Of a stretch of DNA of 64,000 nucleotides, positions 58,639 to 64,000 are shown piece by piece. The DNA is from Rhizobacter sp. GTDB taxonomy: Bacteria; Pseudomonadota; Gammaproteobacteria; Burkholderiales; Burkholderiaceae_C. Location of the stretch: assembly GCA_017986065.1 (NCBI GenBank), contig JAGNWJ010000004.1, positions 16,437 through 80,436 of the forward strand, read 5' to 3'. The notes under the pieces are model-generated. The model did not search any database. It saw only the letters and a list, made by a program, of their open reading frames with translations, and had not been told where the DNA came from. The translations under genes and the position numbers were made by a program. How positions within the stretch are numbered: the first letter of the stretch is position 1; every line of letters begins with the position of its first letter.

Positions 58639-61600
58639 TCAGGACATCAGTGCGGCGGCCTGTGACAGGGGATCGTCCTTCGCGTCGCTGTCGGGTTGCG
58701 CGTTCGGAGCAACCGCAGTGACCGTCGTCGTGCGGGGCATCGATCCCAGGCGGGTGCGCGCAGGTGCGGGAGGCACCAGCGGCCGGCCCTGCAGCCAGTC
58801 CTCGATCTGTGCGGGCGGCATCGGCTTGCTGAACAGGTAGCCTTGAAGTTCGTCGCAGCCTGCGTCGCGCAGCCAGTCCGCCTCTTCAAGGCGTTCGACG
58901 CCTTCGGCGACCACGCGCAGACCGAGCGTGTGGCCGAGCCCGATGATGGCCTTGGTGATGGCCCAGTCGGCCGGATCTTCAAGGATGTCGCGCACGAAGC
59001 TCTGATCGATCTTCAGCTTGTCGATCGGGAACTGGTGCAGGTAGTTCAGGCTGGAGTAGCCGGTACCGAAGTCATCGATCGACAAGGTCACGCCGATGTC
59101 CTTCAGCCGTTCCAGGCTCTCGACCGTCGCGATCGCGTTCTCCATCAGGAAGGTCTCGGTCAGCTCGATCTCGATGGCCGAGGGATCGACGCCGTGCGTG
59201 CCGAGCGCTTCGCGCAATTGCGCTGGCAGGGACGGGTCCCGCAGCTGGATGGCCGACACGTTGACCGAGATCGGGATCACGCCGAGACCGGCATCGCGCC
59301 AGGCCGCGTGCTGGCGGCAGGCCTCGCCGAGGATCCACGCACCGATCGGCACGATCAGGCCGGTCTCTTCGGCGATCGGGATGAAGGTCGCCGGCGAGAC
59401 CATGCCGTGCTCCGGACGCTGCCAGCGCACCAGGGCCTCGAGGCCGACGACACCACCGCTCGCTGCGTCGACCCGCGGCTGGAAGTGCAGCAGCAGTTCG
59501 CCCCGTGCGGTGACCTCGCGCAGCTCGTTCTCGATCGCGAGGCGCTCCTGCGCCTGGATATGGAACTCGGGGGTGAAGAAGAGCGCCTGATTGCGGCCGC
59601 CCGACTTGGCCCGGTACATGGCGGCATCGGCGTGGCGCATCAGGTGGTCGATGTCGCGACCGTCCTGCGGGTAGACAGCCATGCCGGCGCTGCACGACAC
59701 ATGGAGCTGGACGCCCTCGACGGTGTGGGCCTCGCGCACCAGGGGCAGCATGCGCTCATGGACGATGCTGGCGACCTCTTCGGCGCTGCTCACGCCATTG
59801 AGCACCACGACGAATTCGTCGCCGCCAAGGCGGCTCACCGTGTCTCCCGCGCGCACCGCCTGGATCAGTCGCCTGGATACCGAGCGCAGCAGGGCATCGC
59901 CGACATGGTGCCCCATCGAGTCGTTGATGTTCTTGAAACGATCGAGGTCGATGAAGACGACCCCCACATGCTGACCGGTTCGGCCGGCCTGTTCGACCGC
60001 CATGCGCAGCCGCTCGAGGCACAGCGACCGGTTGGGCAGATCGGTCAGCACGTCGTGGTGGGCGAGGTGGTGGATGCGCTCCTCGCTCGCCTTGTGTTCG
60101 GTGATGTCGGCACCCGCTGCAACGAAATGCGTGATCCGGCCATCGCTGTCGCGCACCGCGTTGGCAACCAGCCAGGTCGGATAGGCCTCACCTGTCTTGC
60201 GCTTGAGCCAGACCTCGCCCTGCCACATGCCGCGGATGACAGCCGACTGCCAGAGCGTCTCGTAGAAATCGGCATCGTGTCGCGACGAGTAGAGGAATTC
60301 GGGCGTCTGCCCCACCACTTCTTCAGCGCCCCAACCCGAATCGCGGCTGAAGGCCGTGTTGGCGGTCAGGATGCGACGTTCGACGTCGAAGATCACGATG
60401 CTTTCGGATGAAGCCTCGAACACCTTGGCCCACAGCTTCAGGCGCTGCTCGAGCATCTTGATCTGGCCGATCGGAGTGAAGACCGTCAGCAGCGCAGGCT
60501 GCCCCTGGTAGGTCAGGCGCCTCGCGGAAAGCAGCGCCCACGAGGCGCGGGAGCCACCAGCACTGGCTTCGCCCGACTGCCACTGCACCTCGAAGCCATC
60601 GACACGGTCGGTGTCGCTCAGACGCGAGAAGAAACGGGCGCGCGCATGCGGTTCGAGGCGCAGGCTCCATGGATCGGTCGTCACGCCCTGGAGCCAGGGC
60701 TGCGCCGGCTGGTTGGCATGCAGCACGCGGTGCTCCGGGATCGAGGTCACGATCAACGGCATCGGGAAGGATTCGAGCAGCGCACGCTGGGCTTCCTCGG
60801 CGCGGCTGGTGGCGGCCAGGTCTTCGCGCACGACGCGCTCGCGGTCCAGGTCGCCGAGCATGCCGTTGAAGGCCTGCACCAGTTGCCCGATCTCGTCGCG
60901 ACTTTCATGGGCGGCGCGCATCGTGTAGTCGCCGGTGGCGCTGACGCGCCCGGCGACATCGGCCAGCCGCTGCAGCGGCTGCGCGATCTGGCGCGCGACG
61001 AAGTAGACGATGCTGAGGATCAGCATCAACAGTGCCACGGCCGTGCCCAGGTGCGTCCACATCCGCACGAACAGTCCCTGGATGCGGGCATCGAGCAGGC
61101 CTTCGAGCCCCACGGTGGCCGCGCGCCAGGTTGCGTGCAGTTCGGCCACCAGTTCGCGGTGCTTGGCGGCAAGCACTTCGCGACGGTCGGCGGCACCGCG
61201 GTCAACGATGTGCATCGGGTGCTGACGGAAGGACGCCACCGCTGCCGTGAGGCGATCTCGGGCCGGCGCCAGCGCCGCGCGCAGCGTCGGCGGGCCAGCC
61301 GCCAGCGCTTCCGCATAGTCGGAATCGATGCCCTGGAGCACGGCGTCGAGCCGGCCCTCGAGGATCAGCAATTCGGTGTGCACCTTGTTGCGCTGGTCGG
61401 CCGGACTCTGATCCAGTTCGACCGCCTTGTGCACCGTCAGCGCGAGCAGTTCCTGCAGTTCAGGAAACCGCAGCAGCACCAGCGACATCGTGTAATAGCT
61501 GTCGAGATCGGGGTCGAGGATCAGGTTCGACTGGTTGCCGATGCGGGTGATCAGTTCACGGCCGGCAGCCATCGAGGCCGCCAGTTGTCCTGCGTCGAAG

Positions 61601-61995
61601 ACGGGCCGGTTCATCGCCGTCTGCAACGCATCTGCGAAGGCGGTACTGACATCGGCGGACTTCATGCCCTGGCCGTGCCGTGACTCGGCCTCGCGAAGCG
61701 CGGCGAGCCGAGGCTCCCACTCGACCCGGTCGAGTCGGGTCGCGGCCGCATCCGCGCCGGGATCGCCTGCCTTGACGGGCGGCAAGGGTGTGGGCAGCGC
61801 GACGAGCACATCGCGGACCGCGGCGATGTAGGCGTTGCCGGCGACTTCCTTGCGCGAGAAATCGATCGATATGTATTTTTCGCTGATCAGGATGCTCGAG
61901 ACATAGATGACCGCCGTGAGGTCAAGCAGGTAGATCAGCAGGAGCTTGCGCCCGACGGGCAGCTGTCCGATCGCCCGGATGATCAGGGTCAACAT
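58639..61995 (-). CDS. Membrane-bound signalling protein: N-terminal extracytoplasmic sensor, HAMP, two PAS domains, GGDEF, EAL (c-di-GMP turnover)
   Basis: TM1 is 'LLLIYLLDLTAVIYVSSILI', followed by a block of about 290 aa and TM2 'LGTAVALLMLILSIVYFVA'. The HAMP reads 'IAQPLQRLADVAGRVSATGD...IGQLVQAFNGM'. The GGDEF domain has I-site 'RAGD' and active site 'GGDEF'. The EAL domain has 'EALVRW', 'EIELTE', 'DDFGTGYSSL' and 'KIDQSFV'. Confidence 0.9.
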   Translation of the reverse strand: MLTLIIRAIGQLPVGRKLLLIYLLDLTAVIYVSSILISEKYISIDFSRKEVAGNAYIAAVRDVLVALPTPLPPVKAGDPGADAAATRLDRVEWEPRLAALREAESRHGQGMKSADVSTAFADALQTAMNRPVFDAGQLAASMAAGRELITRIGNQSNLILDPDLDSYYTMSLVLLRFPELQELLALTVHKAVELDQSPADQRNKVHTELLILEGRLDAVLQGIDSDYAEALAAGPPTLRAALAPARDRLTAAVASFRQHPMHIVDRGAADRREVLAAKHRELVAELHATWRAATVGLEGLLDARIQGLFVRMWTHLGTAVALLMLILSIVYFVARQIAQPLQRLADVAGRVSATGDYTMRAAHESRDEIGQLVQAFNGMLGDLDRERVVREDLAATSRAEEAQRALLESFPMPLIVTSIPEHRVLHANQPAQPWLQGVTTDPWSLRLEPHARARFFSRLSDTDRVDGFEVQWQSGEASAGGSRASWALLSARRLTYQGQPALLTVFTPIGQIKMLEQRLKLWAKVFEASSESIVIFDVERRILTANTAFSRDSGWGAEEVVGQTPEFLYSSRHDADFYETLWQSAVIRGMWQGEVWLKRKTGEAYPTWLVANAVRDSDGRITHFVAAGADITEHKASEERIHHLAHHDVLTDLPNRSLCLERLRMAVEQAGRTGQHVGVVFIDLDRFKNINDSMGHHVGDALLRSVSRRLIQAVRAGDTVSRLGGDEFVVVLNGVSSAEEVASIVHERMLPLVREAHTVEGVQLHVSCSAGMAVYPQDGRDIDHLMRHADAAMYRAKSGGRNQALFFTPEFHIQAQERLAIENELREVTARGELLLHFQPRVDAASGGVVGLEALVRWQRPEHGMVSPATFIPIAEETGLIVPIGAWILGEACRQHAAWRDAGLGVIPISVNVSAIQLRDPSLPAQLREALGTHGVDPSAIEIELTETFLMENAIATVESLERLKDIGVTLSIDDFGTGYSSLNYLHQFPIDKLKIDQSFVRDILEDPADWAITKAIIGLGHTLGLRVVAEGVERLEEADWLRDAGCDELQGYLFSKPMPPAQIEDWLQGRPLVPPAPARTRLGSMPRTTTVTAVAPNAQPDSDAKDDPLSQAAALMS

Positions 61996-62096
61996 GTCTC
62001 AATACCCTCTGGTTGCGAACCAGGTCATCGCAAGCAAGAGCGCGGCCACAAAATCAACTGGGCCCGAAACACCGCGCTGTTCGACGGCTCGAGGGA

Positions 62097-63239
62097 TCAA
62101 TTCGATTCCTTGATGATCCGGCCGCTGGCCGACTGGATCGGGCGGGCATTCATCGGATAGAGCCGCGAGAAGATGCTCAGCTGTTCGGCGGAGATCTCGA
62201 CCGGCGTCTTCATCACCATCCAGAGCACGCCCTCGCTGCAGGGCGGCGTGGTCAGCGATCCCATGTAGGTGAAGTAGCGCCGATCGGTCGGCAACAGTGC
62301 CATCAGGTCGATCTGGCCCTTCGCCATCACCTCGTCTCCCTTTTCGAGCGGCAGGTTGTTCCACACGTTCTGAACGACCGGCTGCGCACTGCCCCGGTCG
62401 AGCAGCACGGCGATCACCGCCAGCTTGCCCTCGACGCCCTTGTGCACCAGGTGCACCACCATGTCGAACGGCTTGCCGTTGATACGCTCCTCGGAAGGGC
62501 GATGGAAATGGAACTGGACCAGCTCGTAACGCTTGCCGGTGACCTCGATCGTGTTGCCCACCGCCACGTTGACCTGCACCGTGTGTCCGTTGTCTATGAC
62601 GCGGAAGTTGCTCGGCCGGTAGTTGAACTGCACCGCATCGAGCTCGACCTTGATGCCATCGGTGATGTCGATCGGGCTTTGGCGGGTGCCGGTGGAGCAC
62701 GTCGCGAACTCGGGCTGGAGCGCACCCCAGGATTCGGGGCCGCCCGCGCCTTCGTAGCTCCAGTGCGCAGCGGACTGGTGACCTGCAGCCGCCGCCTTGA
62801 GTTGCGCGGCTTCGAGCCTGGCCGCATGGGTCGGGCTGGCGCCGATCACGCGAGTGGAGTTCGACACCGGCGTCAGCATGGCGCGGGACACCGGCGCTGC
62901 CGGCGCAGCGGCGGAATGCGAGACCACCTTGACCACGCCAGGCGTGGCGGACTCGCTCACCTTCGATGTGCCAAGCTTCTCGGCGAGTCGCTCGCGAATC
63001 GCATCCATCGGGTCGCGTGGAGGACGCTTCACCGGGGTGTCTGTGCTGGTGTGCTCCGATTCGGATGCCGAAGCGGATTCGTCGCCCTTTCCGGCCTTGC
63101 TGGCGCCCGCCAAAGGTTTCTTCGCGGGGCCGGACTTGTGCTCGGCGGCCGCCGGCGCATCGTCGTGGCCGGTGGCTGCCTGCGCGCCGGTGAGCGAAAG
63201 GACGGCCCACAGCGATGCAATCAGCAGGCGATGGCGCAC
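62097..63239 (-). CDS. Alpha-class carbonic anhydrase, secreted, with a long low-complexity N-terminal linker
   Basis: It contains 'HWSYEGAGGPESWG', 'QSPIDI', the zinc ligands 'QFHFHRPSE' and 'VVHLVH', 'GSLTTPPCSEGV' and 'NARP.Q'. The signal peptide 'RHRLLIASLWAVLSLTGAQA' follows the GTG at 63239. ATG 63281 is an alternative start. Confidence 0.88.
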   Translation of the reverse strand: MRHRLLIASLWAVLSLTGAQAATGHDDAPAAAEHKSGPAKKPLAGASKAGKGDESASASESEHTSTDTPVKRPPRDPMDAIRERLAEKLGTSKVSESATPGVVKVVSHSAAAPAAPVSRAMLTPVSNSTRVIGASPTHAARLEAAQLKAAAAGHQSAAHWSYEGAGGPESWGALQPEFATCSTGTRQSPIDITDGIKVELDAVQFNYRPSNFRVIDNGHTVQVNVAVGNTIEVTGKRYELVQFHFHRPSEERINGKPFDMVVHLVHKGVEGKLAVIAVLLDRGSAQPVVQNVWNNLPLEKGDEVMAKGQIDLMALLPTDRRYFTYMGSLTTPPCSEGVLWMVMKTPVEISAEQLSIFSRLYPMNARPIQSASGRIIKESN

Positions 63240-63365
63240 TTCAATGACGTGACAGGGACGGCGGCATGACATGGCGGACACTCCAGAACGAGACTCGGTG
63301 GTCTTCGCGAAGGTATCGGCCGAGCCGCGCTCGACTTGAGGGGGTACCCGACCCTGCCGGTCGAG

Positions 63366-64000
63366 TCAGGCGATCCTCGGCCGGACCCAGGCCCAGGCCA
63401 CCGCGCCGATGGCCATCAGGACCAGCGAGGTGAGCGCCAGCGCCAGCGTCGAGTGCATGACCAGCGGGGCCACGACGCCCGCCACCACGCCGCTGGCCGT
63501 GCTGCCGATGCAGGCCTGCAGCGACGAAGCCATGCCGCGCCGATCCGGAGCCTGATCGAGCACCATCAGGGTCACCACCGGCACCATCATCGCCCAGCCG
63601 AACGAGAAGACGGCGATCGGCACCATCGCCCACCAGACGTTCGGCTCGAAGACGAGGTTGAGCGCGAGATTGAGCAGTGACACCGTGCTCATCACCAGGA
63701 AGCCGTCGCGAACCTGGACCTTGGGGGAAACGTGACCGGCCAGTCTTCCAGACAGGAACGCGCCGCCCATGATCCCGGCGATGGTGAGCAGGAACAACCA
63801 GAAGAACTGTTCCGGCAGCAGCCCCAGGTGCTCGCCCAGGAAGACCGGCGCCGACAGGACGTACAGGAACATCCCGTTGAACGGCACGCCGCTGGCCAGC
63901 GCCAGCGCCAGGAAGCGCCCGCTGGTGCCCAGTTCGACATAGCCACGCATCAGGTGCCGCAGGTTCAGCGGCTGCCGCTGCAGCGGATGCAGCGATTCGG
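63366..64000 (-). CDS. MFS transporter (Bcr/CflA-type drug-resistance family), 3' part; 5' end lies outside the window
   Basis: The C-terminal six-helix half reads 'FLYVLSAPVFLGEHLGL', 'GGAFLSGRLA', 'PIAVFSFGWAMMVPVVTLMVLDQAPDRRGMASSLQ'. The frame stays open upstream of the listed ATG to the window edge. Confidence 0.8.
   Translation of the reverse strand, partial: ESLHPLQRQPLNLRHLMRGYVELGTSGRFLALALASGVPFNGMFLYVLSAPVFLGEHLGLLPEQFFWLFLLTIAGIMGGAFLSGRLAGHVSPKVQVRDGFLVMSTVSLLNLALNLVFEPNVWWAMVPIAVFSFGWAMMVPVVTLMVLDQAPDRRGMASSLQACIGSTASGVVAGVVAPLVMHSTLALALTSLVLMAIGAVAWAWVRPRIA

Overview
This is a high-GC chromosomal segment. Its gene content and order match a betaproteobacterium, probably Burkholderiales and Comamonadaceae-like; that placement rests on synteny and composition only, since no search was possible. 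The window is almost entirely conserved housekeeping sequence.

Gene content, left to right:
- The 3' end of a GH94/NdvB-like glucan synthase gene, a MASE1-CHASE-PAS hybrid histidine kinase, and rpoH.
- A cytochrome-oxidase biogenesis block on the minus strand: sco1, ctaB, ctaA, a CxxxC membrane protein, a DUF2909 gene, a coxB fragment and a DUF2244 gene.
- A BioC-like methyltransferase, comF and trmL, then gpsA-secB-grxC-rhodanese, gpmA and plsC.
- The yqgE-ruvX-pyrR-pyrB-pyrC' operon, phrB, and a GGDEF cyclase.
- A Pil-Chp twitching chemosensory cluster: rubredoxin-pilG-pilH-pilI-pilJ-chpA.
- thiD-like, hemL, mpl, a yqiA-like esterase, and two small membrane ORFs.
- lpxC and the complete dcw cluster: mraZ-rsmH-ftsL-ftsI-murE-murF-mraY-murD-ftsW-murG-murC-ddl-ftsQ-ftsA-ftsZ.
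- nnrU, a large HAMP-PAS-GGDEF-EAL protein, an alpha-carbonic anhydrase, and the 3' part of an MFS transporter gene.

I saw no integrase, transposase, phage gene, CRISPR array, tRNA or rRNA, and no recognisable defence or toxin-antitoxin module. I cannot point to a clear novel multi-gene system.

The observations most worth a second look are:
1. A roughly 460-bp imperfect palindrome (foldback or MITE-like element) with compensatory hairpin changes, sitting between ftsW and murG inside the otherwise tightly coupled dcw operon.
2. A decayed aa3 oxidase locus: coxB is truncated after its transmembrane helices, coxA/cox11/coxC are absent and SURF1 is fragmented, yet the assembly genes are intact.
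3. A PilJ-type chemoreceptor whose periplasmic sensor domain is replaced by a roughly 10-residue loop, in a Chp cluster without CheR/CheB and followed directly by a GGDEF cyclase.

The many long ORFs antisense to real genes are treated as GC artefacts.
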